Below are positions 1 through 14,553 of a DNA stretch of 64,000 nt, one piece after another. The position numbers were made by a program, and so were the translations under genes. Positions within the stretch are counted from its first letter, which is position 1. The number at the start of each line of letters is the position of its first letter. This DNA comes from Eledone cirrhosa (taxonomy: Eukaryota). The stretch is from assembly GCA_964016885.1 (NCBI GenBank), contig OZ024746.1, positions 56,606,001 to 56,670,000 on the forward strand, read 5' to 3'. The notes below the pieces were generated by a model. The model saw only the letters and a list, made by a program, of their open reading frames with translations, searched no databases and had not been told where the DNA came from.

Positions 1-748
1 TTGGCAATATATTGTCAATTAACTTTGAAGGGTTGTTCTTTGTGGTTTATTTTTATTTTCATTTTTATTTTTATTTTTATTTTTATTTTTATTTTTATTT
101 TTATTCTTTTAGTATTGTAGTATTCTATAATATTTTTATTTTTTATTTTATTTTTAATATTTTTATATGTAAATTTTTAATACGTAATATTTTTTAATAC
201 GTAGTATTTTTAATATGCAATATTTTTATTATGTAATATTCTTTCGTAATATTTTTTTAGTTTTCTATTCTATATTTTTATATATTTTTACTTATTATTA
301 TTATTATTGTTATCTTTGTTTATAATATAATATATATTTTCGATTAGTATATTGAAATCTGCTCTCTATTTCTGCTTGATAGATAATCTTGTAGAGTAAT
401 CGCAAGAATAATAATACGCTCAAATTTTTATACCACATTGAGAATGTTTTCCGGTAACCTAGAGTTTGCGGAGTGAATCAGTTGGATTCACATTGATGTT
501 TGTAGCTGTCACATAAACATATGAATTTTTAAAACTAAACATAAGATAATGAATTTTCACACATTGTGAATACTTGTTTCATTCAGGAATACTGATATTT
601 ACAATATAGTGTAAGTTTTATAAATACTAATACATTAAAACATAGGGTTTTCTACGCCTCGAATATGTCTGGCTATTTTTAAATTTTTTTTCTCTCTCTA
701 TATCTCTCTATATCTCTCTATATATCTCCCTTACATTAATACTTGAGC

Positions 749-779
<31 letters not shown>

Positions 780-1138
780 ATGTATCATTGATACACTTAC
801 TCAAAATGACCTCCCACTACCTAATTTTCTATATATATATATGTATCTATCTCTATTTCCTCTCTCTCTATATATATATATATCTTTCTGTCTCTTTACA
901 TGAAGCTCTTCGCTTTATCTATTTTTCCATCTCTCTATTTTGTTCCATGCATTTCTTCTTTTTCTTTTTCTTCTTTTTCTTCCTTTTCTTTGTTTTGTCT
1001 TTCTTTCTTTCTTTTTTCCCTCTTTTCTTTCTCTCTTTTTTCTCTCTGTATTTTCACTGCTAGCGTAAACCTCTTCAAATGAAGTTGATGTTTATTACGG
1101 TATGTCGAATATATTTATCTATAAAACTGTTTATATTG

Positions 1139-1204
1139 TATTTTGTCTGATGAAGGCATAGCATATTGTTAATATGATATCCCCGAAATATATATAATGA
1201 AATA
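1139..1204 (+). ncRNA. Type I minimal hammerhead ribozyme (family A)
   Basis: Stem I UAUUUUGU/AUGAAAUA, CUGAUGA at 1147-1153, stem II hairpin, GAAA at 1185-1188, palindromic stem III, AUA cleavage triplet. Confidence 0.8.
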
Positions 1205-1242
1205 GATATGGTTTTATAAATATAGTTTTCCATTTATTTAAT

Positions 1243-1326
<84 letters not shown>

Positions 1327-1474
1327 TATATATATATATGTATAAATATATATATATATAGGAACAAGTATGACCCCGACGGTGGTAATGTTCCTATTAC
1401 CCACTCTACTACCCTAAGCATTGAGTACTCTGCTGCGTTATGGTCCATCTGGTTACTTACCACAGTTCCTTAGT

Positions 1475-1548
<74 letters not shown>

Positions 1549-1550
1549 TA

Positions 1551-1633
<83 letters not shown>

Positions 1634-1645
1634 CATACATATAAG

Positions 1646-1683
<38 letters not shown>

Positions 1684-1706
1684 GTATAACAGTTTTAATA
1701 TAGATG

Positions 1707-1755
1707 AGATTCTACAGGACTAGAACTGTTTCATTCTTTAGAAATCATCAGGAAT
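1707..1755 (-). ncRNA. Type I hammerhead ribozyme (family B)
   Basis: AUUC-CUGAUGA-UUUCUAAAGAAU-GAA-ACAG/CUGU-A-GAAU; GUA triplet; weak stem II. Confidence 0.7.
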
Positions 1756-1973
1756 ATATATATATACATACACACATACATACACACATATGTATATATA
1801 TATATATATGTGTGTATATATATATGTGTGTGTGTATATATATATGTGTGTGTGTGTGTGTATATATATGTATGTATGTGTATATTGTATTTATATATAT
1901 ATATATACATGTATATATATGTATATATATATATATATATGTATATATATGTGTATGTATGTATTTGTGTGTG

Positions 1974-2060
<87 letters not shown>

Positions 2061-2101
2061 ATATATGTGTGTGTGTGTGTGTGTATATATATGAATATAT
2101 A

Positions 2102-2466
2102 GAATAAGGAAAAGCGAAGTAGTTTCAGTTGTTCAAATCCTTTAATAATAATGCTGTGATATATATTTCAGTGACGACACTGGCCACACTGTTCTGTGTG
2201 CGAGTGTCGTGTCATCATCAGACAGCTTGTTTACCTTAATAATTTAGCTCCAATTAGTGTAACAAGCTGTCTGATGATGACACGACACTCGCACACAAAA
2301 CAGTGGGGCCAGTGTCGTCACTGAAATATATATCACAGCATTATTATTAAAGGATTTGAACATCTGAAACTACTTCGCTTTTCCTTATTCGATATTTACT
2401 CCGTCACTCCTATGTGGAAAAAGTACGTTGAGTGCTTGAATTGAATTGCATCAATATTTACCCTAA
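2102..2466 (+). mobile_element. Palindromic mini-element (family D), arms 2102-2232 / 2261-2390, plus tail
   Basis: Near-perfect inverted arms, asymmetric tail with TTGAGTGC, TA-rich flanks. Confidence 0.85.
2266..2339 (+). ncRNA. Type I hammerhead ribozyme (family D); mirror copy on - strand at 2152-2226
   Basis: GCUGU-CUGAUGA-stem II (ACGACACU/AGUGUCGU)-GAAA-UAUAUA-UC-ACAGC. Confidence 0.8.
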
Positions 2467-2549
2467 TATATATTGTGTGTGTGTATATGTGTATATGTAT
2501 GTGTGTATATATGTATTTATATATGTATGTGTGTGTATGTGTGTGTGTG

Positions 2550-2603
<54 letters not shown>

Positions 2604-2708
2604 TATGTATGTATGGTGTATGTGTGTATATATATGTGTGTGTATGTGTGTATATATCTATATATGTGTATATGTGTGTGTGTGTATATATATATATATA
2701 TGTGTGTG

Positions 2709-2753
<45 letters not shown>

Positions 2754-2766
2754 ATGTATGTGAGTG

Positions 2767-2803
<37 letters not shown>

Positions 2804-3322
2804 GTGTGGGTATATATGTGTATATGTGTATGTGTGTCTGTTTATGGGTGCGCGCGAGTGTGTGAGTGAGTGTGTTTTGTGAATGTGTCTGTTGATTTTT
2901 GGCATATAGTTGAATAGTTTAAGAGAAATTTGAAGTTAATTGCAAGACATGCACTCAGTATTTTGAATTTGTCTACAGAATTCTCTAAACCTTTGTCACT
3001 TAGTAGAACCTTAAAGAATTTAGCTTTTAAAGAATCTCCCTTTCCTTTAAATCTCTCTACCATGACTGACCCCCACTGATCTTATAGACACCTGTTAGCT
3101 TAAGAGGAACTTAATAATAAGGAGTGGCATGCCATCCTGAACCTGTTTATAGAATTCTTTCTGCCTTTCTTACTCTGAAAATAAAAATAAACTATAGCTT
3201 TGAAGAATTGGCTTTTAATGAATTCCCTTTTCTATCAACCAATGACCTACACCCATCCCACTCCCCACCCTCTCCTACCACTTGTAGAGACCTATAAATA
3301 CCATACTTATTATTTGATAACC

Positions 3323-3373
3323 AGATTCCTGATGATTTCTAAAGAATGAAACAATTCTAGTCCTGTAGAATCT
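3323..3373 (+). ncRNA. Type I hammerhead ribozyme (family B)
   Basis: Stem I AGAUUC/GAAUCU, CUGAUGA at 3329-3335, GAAA, stem III ACA/UGU, GUA triplet. Confidence 0.72.
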
Positions 3374-3375
3374 CA

Positions 3376-3497
<122 letters not shown>

Positions 3498-3566
3498 TGT
3501 ATATATATATATATATATATATATATGCCTGTATGTGTGTATGGATATACATATATATATATATAA

Positions 3567-3606
<40 letters not shown>

Positions 3607-4109
3607 TTTAATATAGAAGAGCTTCTACAGGACTACAACTTGTATACTCTGCAAAGTATTGAGTACCTTACTTACTGTGGTTACCTCCAATTCAACCCGG
3701 AATAACGTATATATATTTATATATATTTATATATTCAGCAATGTCATTATCGTCAACGTTGTTCCCAGAGTTTTCCTCAGTGGTTTAACAATAATTACAT
3801 TCTTCATTATCATGACCATCATGCCATTTATCATGAATATGCCCGCCATCCAATGCAATATTCTACAGCTCCCACTTTCCTCCGCTACTGAGACGTGGCA
3901 GCAAGTCCCCTATGAGAAGCTGTTATAATTTCCATGCCAATAATGTCAATAGGCATTATTATTCTTAGCTCGTGAACCGCTGGAAATGATAATTGACACC
4001 CAGTCTTCAATTACATACTCCATATCCACCTCTAAATATATCATTACTAGAAAACTTGCATCCATTCTTCAGATCATTCCCACCACCACTACAAGTAGGC
4101 AAATGCTAT

Positions 4110-4186
<77 letters not shown>

Positions 4187-4324
4187 CTATATATATATAT
4201 ATATTTATATATATATTCATATTTATACATGTGTACATATAAATATATGTGAATATATATGTATATACATGTATATATATGTATATATATATATATATAT
4301 GCCTGTATGTGTGTATGGATATAC

Positions 4325-4359
<35 letters not shown>

Positions 4360-4375
4360 CATGTGTGTGTGTGTG

Positions 4376-4572
4376 TGTTTTAATATAGAAGAGCTTCTAC
4401 AGGACTACAACTGTTTCGTTCGTGAGAAATCATCAGGATCATCCTGATGATTTCTCACGAATGAAACAGTTCTAGTCATATAGAAGCTCTTCTATATTAA
4501 AACATTTATACTCTGCTATGTATTGAATACCTTACTTACTGTGGTTAGCCCCGATTCAACCCGGATTAACTT
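4376..4572 (+). mobile_element. Palindromic mini-element (family B), arms 4376-4439 / 4441-4504, plus tail
   Basis: Back-to-back CTGATGA..GAAA cores around centre 4440. Confidence 0.85.
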
Positions 4573-4644
4573 ATACATATATATATGCAAGTCGATGTTA
4601 TTACGGTCTGTCGAATCTATTTATCTATAAAACTGTTTATATTG

Positions 4645-4710
4645 TATTTTGTCTGAGGAAGGCATAGCATATTGTTAATATGATATCCCCGAAATATATA
4701 TAATGAAATA
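4645..4710 (+). ncRNA. Type I hammerhead ribozyme (family A)
   Basis: Same fold as 1139-1204, with a CUGAGGA core. Confidence 0.78.
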
Positions 4711-4747
4711 AATATGGTTTTATAAATATAGTTTCCATTTATTTAAT

Positions 4748-4797
<50 letters not shown>

Positions 4798-4798
<1 letters not shown>

Positions 4799-5005
4799 CG
4801 AAGGAAATGTGGTAAGGAACCTGATGGATCATAAGGCACCAAAGTACTCAATACTTAGGGTAGTAGAGTGGTTAATAGGAACAAGTATGACCCTGACGGC
4901 AGATTTCAAGCCTTTTCGACGGCTAATTCTGGACTAAATAATTATTTAGTCCAGAATTAGCCGCCGAAACGGCTTGAGATCTGTCGTCGGGGTCATACTT
5001 ATTCC
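4798..5005 (-). mobile_element. Palindromic mini-element (family C), arms 4878-4940 / 4941-5005, plus tail
   Basis: Hairpin with an HHR 3' half (GAAACGGC..GTCGTC); tail with TTGAGTAC; related fragments at 1361-1475, 5025-5148, 31405-31516, 32820-32960, 40655-40790. Confidence 0.82.
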
Positions 5006-5487
5006 TTTATATATATATATATATAGGCAAATATTCGGGATCCAGCTAGCTCTCGAAACGGCCGGATGGTACCTAACTCTTTTCCTATTACCCACTCTAC
5101 TACACTAAGTATCGGGTACTCTGGTTCCTTACCACACATTCTTTGTTATATATATATATCGAAAGAATATATTTTTACAGAGAAGGTGTGTCAACAAATA
5201 GAGAGTGGCGAACTTAACGTAGATTTGTACAAATGGCTGTCGAGATGGCCGAAGGAAAAACGTTGAAAATATCCATTTAGTGACATTATTATTATTAGCT
5301 CAACAATATTTATTCAGTAATTTTCCTTTTTTCTCTGATATGGGTATATGCCTACATATATATATACGTGTATATATTGATATTAATATACAATTATAGT
5401 AGTGTTTGCAGGTGTGTAAGTGAGATTTTATTTACCTAAATGTGTATATATGTGTAACTGTATTCACACTTATATTAAAAAATGTAT

Positions 5488-5576
<89 letters not shown>

Positions 5577-6198
5577 GCCTGCAGAGCAATCAAAAGGTAA
5601 ATACATGAAAAACAGGTTAAAATGCCTGCGTAAGAATAATTATATACAACCCACCAAAGTATACACATACACCAAATACATGTCCGCCATATGTGAAGTC
5701 CATATATATATACTCGTATGTGAATTCAAAAGGCGTACTTTCTCATACACTCAGACACACCTAAAAAGTTATACATCCATGTGTGTGTATGTAGGTTTGA
5801 GTGTATGTGTATATATTAGCTGAGTAGTCAGAACATCGGATTGAATGATTCGCGTTATTCCTCCTGGGAGTCCAATACACGGTTGATAAAAAGAGCCAGT
5901 CCAGTCCTTGGATCGATTCTGCTTTTCTCTCTCTGCCGCTCTGTGTAAATATATATATGAGAATTTACACATATCTATCTATCTATCTATCTATCTTGAT
6001 AGAGTAAGACACGCTTCGCATCGGCTCCGCTATTCCATCGGGATTTACCCTTACTATTGTAAGTACCGGATAAATTTTTTAGTGCAACACATTTGGAACA
6101 CTAACCCCTGTTATTTAGGGAAACATTTTTGCATTTACCCCCTTTTTAGGGGGTAAAATAAATATCTATTTTTGCCGAAAAATTTCTTTCTTGGCAGC

Positions 6199-8035
6199 AT
6201 GGCGGAAAAGATGGCAGACATGTCTGCCATTAGCTCTGCCACGCCCCCCAAGTCTGAAGAACAAAAAATAATTACAACAAAATTAGACATTGAAACAAAC
6301 AAAGAAAATGATAAAACAAATGTTAAGGAAAATGAGCAAACAGAAAACAAACAAACAGAAAATAATACAAATAACGACAGGGCAACTTTCGCCCAGAAAA
6401 CAAAACAATCCATTACATACACACCAATTGACCTAACTGCCGCCAGAGAAAAACTGGCCGAAGCAAAGAAACACATTGTTTTGGGGGAGAACGGAATGTC
6501 TTCCATTAACTCCCCCCCAGAATTCAAGAAAGCCAGAGCAGAAAACACAGTTCTCTACAGAACTATACTCAACCAGACAAGAAAGCCAGCACAGCCCAGC
6601 CAAATGGAAATAGAGTTAGTCCTAAAAGACTATATGAAGAATATTCTCTTCATACGAAAGGACCGACTCTATGGCAGCATTTCGGTCCTAACAAGAGACA
6701 AAGAAACGGCGGAGAAGCTTTCCCTAAGCCCACTCTCATCGACAACATATAGCTTCTATCCCTCCTACATGGGTAGAAGAACACAGAGAGTAAAAGTAAA
6801 AACAATGCTGCCCACAATGGACTTCTGGTGGGCTATTGCTGGCTTCATTGATATGGGCGAAGACACAATGCTGTCAATGGGGAAGGCAACTGGAGATGCG
6901 TTCCTGGGAATGGGCCTCGACATACTAGTCCAAATGAGGCCCGAAAGAATAGCACAAATCCCGGATCGCATCTGGCTGGATGACCTTACCCCAATAGACA
7001 TAATTGTAGAGGGGAGAAGACCAGCATGCTATTTATGCATGGAAAGGGGACACATTAAGGCTAACTGCCCGAAACGTATCCCCCAAAAAGGACTATTGCC
7101 CACACCCACCACAAACAGTACACCAACACCACCCACCTCCCAAAATACACTAATACCACACACAGTAAACAAAATACAGACACCACCAACCACAAACACA
7201 ACACAAACATCACCAACACCAGCACCAAACACAAGCACGACACAAAAATCACCACCACCAACCACAACACAAACATCACCACCACCATCACCAACCACAA
7301 GCACGACACAAACATTACCACCACCACCAAAAAACCCATTCCAAACAAATAATAAAAAAAACAGTAACAAATCTACCCCTCCCGCAAAAAAAAACAACCA
7401 CACAACACGTCCCTCCCAACTAGCGCTGAAGAGTTTCTCCCAACTTCTGAAGAAGAAGGAGGAGAAGCCTTCAGACAAGTTAAAAGAAAAAAAAGAAAAC
7501 ACACACCCAGCACACCACAAATAACCCACACACAAACACCAACTCCAATCAAAAACACCCCACCCTCAACAAACAAAAATAAATCTGCGCCTCCCCTCTC
7601 CGAAACATTGACAGCATCACAAAAAAAGACGTTGCAATACACATATATAAATAAAGAAAACAAAAAACTGGTTAAATTAATAAACAATAACCCTATGGTG
7701 CAGACCGAAGGGCCAAACTTTATCTCAACAGAGAACTTCACCCATTTAAAAATGATAAAGGTTCCTCTGGACCTTTATCGTTCCTTAAAAGAACAATTTA
7801 GACGGGACGTGAGCCCCCCCCCCCCTGTTTAAAACCGTTGAATCGCGTCCTCTTGAAAGATTTCCCCATAACCGCCCCTCTCCCTGACACAACTCCAAAT
7901 ACCCCAACCCCACCACACACGTGTACCCCCACACCACCACAAAACATCCCTCCACCCAACACACCTGATGCCATGGAAATTACGCAACCCGGAGAGGTAA
8001 GTGCTTTTCTTTCTTCACTTTCAACACCAAAATAG
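6199..8035 (+). pseudogene. Tx1 ORF1 (gag-like), frameshifted
   Basis: CYLCMERGHIKANC knuckle and P/T-rich linker; C-terminal part continues in ORFs 7608-7832 and 7838-8035, with breaks at or near A/C homopolymers. Confidence 0.85.
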
Positions 8036-11000
8036 ATCAATTGAGAGTTGGCTGTTTGAACGCGCGTGGCCTGGGCTCAGCTTGGAAGCAAGCAAAGCTT
8101 CTAAGTGACCTCAGGTCACAAAGTATAGATGTGATGGTTGTTTGCGAGAGTCGGATCAGCAGCGTGAGACAGCTGGCGCCCGCCTTCGATGACTTTGAGA
8201 TGCACGCATCTCTCTGTCAACCCGGAGGCGGGGGGGGGGAGTTGCCGTACTGCTGGATAAACGTCTGACTCTCGACGTACAGATTGTTCACTCGGACCCG
8301 GGGGGTCGATTACTGGTGCTGGACGTCGGAGGCGGTGAAGGCGGGGCTTTCAGACTGGTCGGTCTTTATGCTCCCTTCGGGGCGGAAAGAGCCGACTTCT
8401 TCCAGCGTCTGGAGACTTTTCTAGGAACGTCGCGTTCCCTGCTTTTATTGGGGGACTGGAATGGAAGCCTAGATGCGCGTTGGGACTATGCAGGGGCATG
8501 TCCCGATAGAGGGGGGTGTAGCAGCCTCAAGGGGTTACTCGATCGATTCGACCTGGTCGATAGATTTCGACTAGATTGTCCAACTGCGCCAACCTGGACC
8601 TGGGCAAACCGCAGTGGACAATCTAGATCGTACCTAGATAGGTTTTTGTTTAGGAGTAAGGATAGGGACGTATTTAGTTGTCCAGAACTGATCATGGTTG
8701 GCTATTCAGATCACAAATTAGTGACCTGCGTGGTCAACCTTGATAGAACGCATAGACAGGGTCCCGGTTACTGGAAGATGAACTTGTCCTTACCGACAAA
8801 GAAAGATTACAGAAACCGGATTAGTAGCTTAGTTAAGATGCGGTTGACGGGAGCGATCGTCAACAGTAGGTGGTGGGTATCTCTAAAGAGAGAGATTAGA
8901 GTAAGTTCGATAGGTTACAGTAAGGAACTAGCGGCGAATAGAAATAGAAAGGAAAGGGAGTTAACAGATAAACTAGAAGAGGCGATTAGGAGCGGAGACG
9001 TAGCCAGAGTGTTAGCGACGAGAACGGCATTGAGCCAGTTCTTTGACGCGAAGCACGAAGGCTGCGTTGTCCGAAGTAAAATACGTGCTTTAGGAAACGA
9101 GGGGACCAAAGCTGTTAGCTGGGCCCGCGTTACAGAAGCCAAGAGTGGGATTAAATCCACCATTCGGTCTTTGCGAGACCAGGATGGACGGGTGATCCTT
9201 GAACCTGAGCGAATGTGCGAGACCTTTCAAAGGCACTTTGCTCGACTGTTCGGAGGTGGCGGGGGGGCCGGATGGGGATGTGGACTTCGGTCCATACCTC
9301 GACGGTCTACCGCGTCTTTCGAGCGGCGAAGCGGAGTGCTGCGAAAGGCCAATCACAGCCACTGAAATCGGGGAAGCGCTCAGCCAATGCAGCAGACGCA
9401 AATCCCCGGGTCTCGATGGTCTACCATACGAACTTTATTTAACTATGCCGGTCTTGTTCTCCGAACTCCTCGAGGCTGTCTATTGCAACTGGCAACAGAA
9501 CGGGAGAATTCCCTGTCCTGTGACCAAGGGCGTGGTCACGCTAGTGAGGAAGGACGAGAGCAAGGGGGACGACTTAAGTAACTTTAGGCCCATAACTCTG
9601 CTGAATGCAGAGTTACAGATTTTGGCCAAGGTGTTGGCGAAGAGGTTGGCGCTTGTGGTGGGTGGTTTGGTGGGAGACGCGCAGACATGCGCTATCCCGT
9701 CCAGGTCCATTCACGACAACCTCCACCTCATGCGATACATCATAGAGAGGGTTGGCTACGAACCCGGCTTTGGTGGGGCCCTGATCAACTTGGATCAATC
9801 TAAGGCGTTCGATAGGGTCGACCATGGTTACCTGGATGCGGTGCTAGCGGCGGCGGGCTTCGGACCCGTTTTCAGGGGCTGGATTTCTGCCATGCACAGT
9901 GGCAACATCTACTCTAGGATTAAAGTAAACGGCTACCTCTCGGAGCCGTTTCAAATCACCCGATCCATCAGACAGGGGTGCCCCCTCTCCTCCCTTCTGT
10001 ACGTATTGACTCTCGAGCCACTGCTGCGGAAGTTGGAGTTGCTGCGGGGCATACCCCTGGAACCGGGATTGCACAAAGCGGTCTCGGCCTATGCCGACGA
10101 CGTAACAGTCATGGTGGCGGACGCCTCGGAAATCGGGGCGATCGCCACCCTACTGGAGGAATACGAATGGCTGACGGGGGCTAAGCTGAACCAGGACAAG
10201 TCAGTCGGTTTGCAACTCGGAACGTGGAGGGGCAAACCGATGCCGTTAGACGGTGTCGTCGGGCGGTGGACGGAGGGCCCGGTGAAGCTGCTCGGGGTCT
10301 GGTTCGGACCGGACCTCCAGGTGGAGAAGAATTGGGGCGAGGTGACGAGCAGGGTGTTTGCGCTGACCCAGAAGTGGGCCAAGTGCAAACTATCACTGAA
10401 AGGTCGGGCGGAGGTGACGAACGCTTACATAGCGTCCGTCATCTACTACCGCCTGACCGTCGTGCCTTGCCCCAAGGAAAAGCTCACTATCATGGAACGC
10501 ATGCTCTTCCAGTTCCTCTGGAAGAAGCGGCCTCCCATGGTGAGGAGATCCATCTGCTGCCAGCACCCTTCGAAAGGAGGGCTGGGTATGCCGTGGCTGT
10601 TGATGCGTAGGCACGCATTGAGGCTACGGCATCTACAGGTATTCCTCAACGGTCAGCCGGTGTGGGCCCCGTTTGTGAGGCGAGCCTTCCCACAGCTCGT
10701 CTCGCTCACCGAACTGCAATCCTGGGTGAAGCAAAGACCGAGAAAACTGGGCAACTGGCACACCGAGTGTGCCCAGGCGCTCACGGCTATCTGGCAAGCG
10801 GACCCGACTGTCAGTGGAGAATCCACCTCGACATTCTATAGAGGGTTGGTGGCTAGCAGGGGCGACGACACCCTTGGAGAGTCGCTAGGCATGGAGGAGG
10901 ACGAACTGGCCAGCCTGTTCGGTAGAACTTTCGGCCCGGGACCCATGGACAACTTCCAGAGGTCCCTAGCCTGGCAGTGTTACCGGGGGGCTCTGCCCGT

Positions 11001-11472
11001 TCGAGGAAAGCTCTACAGACACGGGCGCCCGGGCAGGGATCCCGCGAAAAAGATCTGTCCCAGATGCGTGCGCGACGAGGAAACCGTTGCGCATACACTG
11101 GTACACTGCTCGGGCGTTGCCGATCTGTGGGGCTACGTCGAACGACTGCTGTCACGTGTGGCGCCGATTCGATTAACCGCCGAGTCTGTGGTGAACATCA
11201 AGCCGCCTCCTCCCTTCAGAAATGAAGCAGAGGCGGTCTTTCTGTGCGTAATAGCCATGATGAAAGAGGTTGTGTGGTGGACGCGCCTGAAAGGTCTGAG
11301 GTCGGGTGACTTTCTCTCCGGCCATCACCTGGTTTACTTCTTCCGATACCACTTCGGAAGAAGAATCAGGATGGAGAGAGAAGTGCTTGGTCCCAGACAG
11401 TTGTATGAAAGGTGGGTGAAAGAAGCGAGAATGGCCCGTGTAAATGGGCCTTCTCTCTACATTGTTCTGTAG
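8032..11472 (+). pseudogene. Tx1 ORF2 (APE endonuclease, RT, C-terminal CCHC), two frameshifts
   Basis: LNARGL, GDWN, YLDR, SDH; QGCPLS, YADD; CPRC..H..C. Frame breaks at G runs near 8230 and 9260; start codon appears to be ATA. Confidence 0.93.
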
Positions 11473-11737
11473 GTGAAGAAGTGAAGAGGAAAGGGGGAGC
11501 GCCTCCTCTCTGGGCTTCCCCCGCGAAAAGAGTTGCACACTTTTCGGGGGTATGTGCAATCCCCAACACGCCCCCTCCCTTTTGAGGACTTTTTATTGTT
11601 ATATTATTATTGTTATTCCTTTTTTCTTTACTCGATTTATGTAAACTCCCCCACTGTGTAAATGTCCCCTTCTTTTGTGCCCTCGTGGCAAATAAATAGA
11701 AATTTATCTATCTATCTATCTATCTAACTATCTATCT

Positions 11738-11816
11738 TTTACAGGTTTGTATTGTATGTAAACTTCCCCCTTGTATTTATCCCCTTCTTTTGTGCCCCTG
11801 TGGTTAATAAAGAAAC
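11738..11816 (+). mobile_element. Short 5'-truncated Tx1 3' end
   Basis: Resembles the copy-1 3' UTR (TATGTAAACT..CCCCTTCTTTTGTGCCC..GTGG..AATAAA); followed by TATC repeats. Confidence 0.7.
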
Positions 11817-11837
11817 ATATCTATCTCTATCTATATA

Positions 11838-11868
<31 letters not shown>

Positions 11869-11897
11869 ATGTGTGTTTACGATTGGCTTTGTTTGTG

Positions 11898-11945
<48 letters not shown>

Positions 11946-12942
11946 CACAAACTAAGCAAATCGTAGACATGTACACATACATTTCGGGAAGGAGACCAAG
12001 CAGAATTCAGGTATCCGACATTTCTGGAGATCTTTGCTTAACCCCGCCACAACCATAACACTTCTACTCTATTCCATTGCCAATCTCGCTTCCGAGATCT
12101 ACCGGAAATCTATGCAAGCCAAAACTAATGCATTCGCTGTCACTGCTCATTCTTCAGTAATATAACCGCTGTTTGAAAGGAACTGGTGAACAGTATTTAA
12201 TGGGCAGATATAGGTGGCAGCGTCTTCGAAATGCTTGCTGCTGTTAACACTGCTTTCATTCTTACCATTAGCGGAGTATATTTACTTTAAAATCTCCCTG
12301 GCTCTACCATTTTCGTTTCTACTGCTGACTTGCTTCTTATTTTCTTTCAGATTCATTTTTCATTTTTTTTTTTCTATTTGATATTATTTTCCTTTCTTCC
12401 TCTTTATTTTTCTTATTTCTTCTTATCATTCTTGTTTTCTATAATATCATATCACAGACTTGACACCTAAGTCACTGCCTGTTATCTTACTTCCTATCCA
12501 GTCATACCTCCTGAAAGCATCTCCAAAGCCGTCAAACTATTGATGATGTATTATATTATATTTTATTTATTATATATTATATTATATATTATATTATGTT
12601 ATATTATATTATTATGTATTATATTATAAACTGGTGGAGAGGGAGAATTCTTACTGTGTAACACAATACCTCAATGTATTTAGTTACAGCATTCTGATTT
12701 AAAATCCCGTTTGGGTCAACTTTGCCTTTCATTATTACGGGGTCATTTAAAGTGTACGAGCCATATATTTGTGTCGATTTCATCACTTTTAGGCATGGCA
12801 GCCATAATTGGATCTGTCCCTTGCATTATAAGCTATTATTTCATATCGAATAATACTCTATATTAGGTTATATTGTATGATACTATTATGCATTATGCTA
12901 TACTATATTTGGTGTTTAAAATTGTTAGATCTTTATTTATGC

Positions 12943-13014
<72 letters not shown>

Positions 13015-13089
13015 ATCTATCTCTCTATCTCTCTCTCCCACACACTCTCTCTCTCTCTTTCTTTCTCTATCTCTCTATCTCTCTCTCAG

Positions 13090-13128
<39 letters not shown>

Positions 13129-13187
13129 AACATATATATATTTATAAATATATAAATATATATATGCATTTATATGTATATAAGTAT

Positions 13188-13261
<74 letters not shown>

Positions 13262-13493
13262 GCTGAGGTTATATTTAGTTTATTGGGATTCGACAATCTT
13301 AAAAAATTGTATAACTGATATAAAGCACTCAACACTATCCAGAAAGCTCCAACCGTTAAGGTTGTCTTTTTTCCGGGTATGTCAATATTTATTTATAGAA
13401 CAAATCTGCACCATAATTTTCCTTGGTTGCCCTTGAAATATATATAATAAAATAAATATGGTTTTTATAAATATAGTTTCTATTTATTAATAT

Positions 13494-13498
<5 letters not shown>
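13262..13498. mobile_element. Rearranged family A mini-element
   Basis: Shares tail (ATAACTGATATAAAGCACTCAAC) and arm with the 41733 and 53395 copies; CTGATGA deleted. Confidence 0.7.
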
Positions 13499-13548
<50 letters not shown>

Positions 13549-13554
<6 letters not shown>

Positions 13555-13999
13555 GTTTGTATATGTATAATAAAGCTAAAACAATGCAGGTATGGACATA
13601 GAATAAAGAATGCAAATGCAAAAGATATTGTTGACAATTAGTCTTTTACCTTAGATTTATTTAAATGTCCTTAATTTTCGAGATAATATCTCTTCTTCAG
13701 AGCGAAGTAAAGTTGTCAACCAGTCTTCTACATAGCTTGCCAAGCTATTTAGAACACTGGCAAGCTTGGAAAGCTATTTAGAACACTGGTTGACAACTTT
13801 ACTTCGCTCTGAAGAAGAGAAATTATCTCGAAAATTAAGGACATTTAAATAAATCTAAGGCAAAAGACTAATTGTCAACAATATCTTTTGCATTTGCATT
13901 ATTTATGTTATTTCCATACCTGCATTGTTTTGGCTTTATTATACATATACAAACGTTTATACCTCATTCCACAATGCTTGAAGTGAACGATAACCTGCT

Positions 14000-14002
<3 letters not shown>
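13549..14002 (+). mobile_element. Palindromic mini-element (family E), arms ~13549-13737 / 13771-13960
   Basis: Long inverted arms; CTGAAGA-GAGA/TCTC-GAAA hammerhead-like core; (TA)n flanks. Confidence 0.8.
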
Positions 14003-14089
<87 letters not shown>

Positions 14090-14122
14090 AAACATGTCTA
14101 TAGAATCACCAGATAGAACTCG

Positions 14123-14202
<80 letters not shown>

Positions 14203-14485
14203 CTTTATATATATATATATATATACAAATAAATATATACAAATGTAAATACATACACTAGTTGTAATGATAGTAATAATAAGTGTTTCTACTTTTGGCA
14301 CAAGGTCAGCAATTATCCCAGTGTATTACTGGTACTTTATTTGATCGACCCCGTAAGGATGAAAGGTAAAGTTAATAAATATAAATAAATTGATTATCAA
14401 AACTGTTTTACAGGATGGTTAAATGCGCAATGCAATGGGCTTCACACAGGACTGTTATATACTGATTGAAAACATTGCCAAACTG

Positions 14486-14549
<64 letters not shown>

Positions 14550-14553
<4 letters not shown>

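Larger units (their letters stand above)
5997..11702 (+). mobile_element. Tx1/L1-clade non-LTR retrotransposon, near full length (copy 1)
   Basis: ORF1 with CCHC knuckle, ORF2 with APE-RT-CCHC, 3' UTR ending GTGGCAAATAAATAGAAAT; (TATC)n on both sides. Confidence 0.93.
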
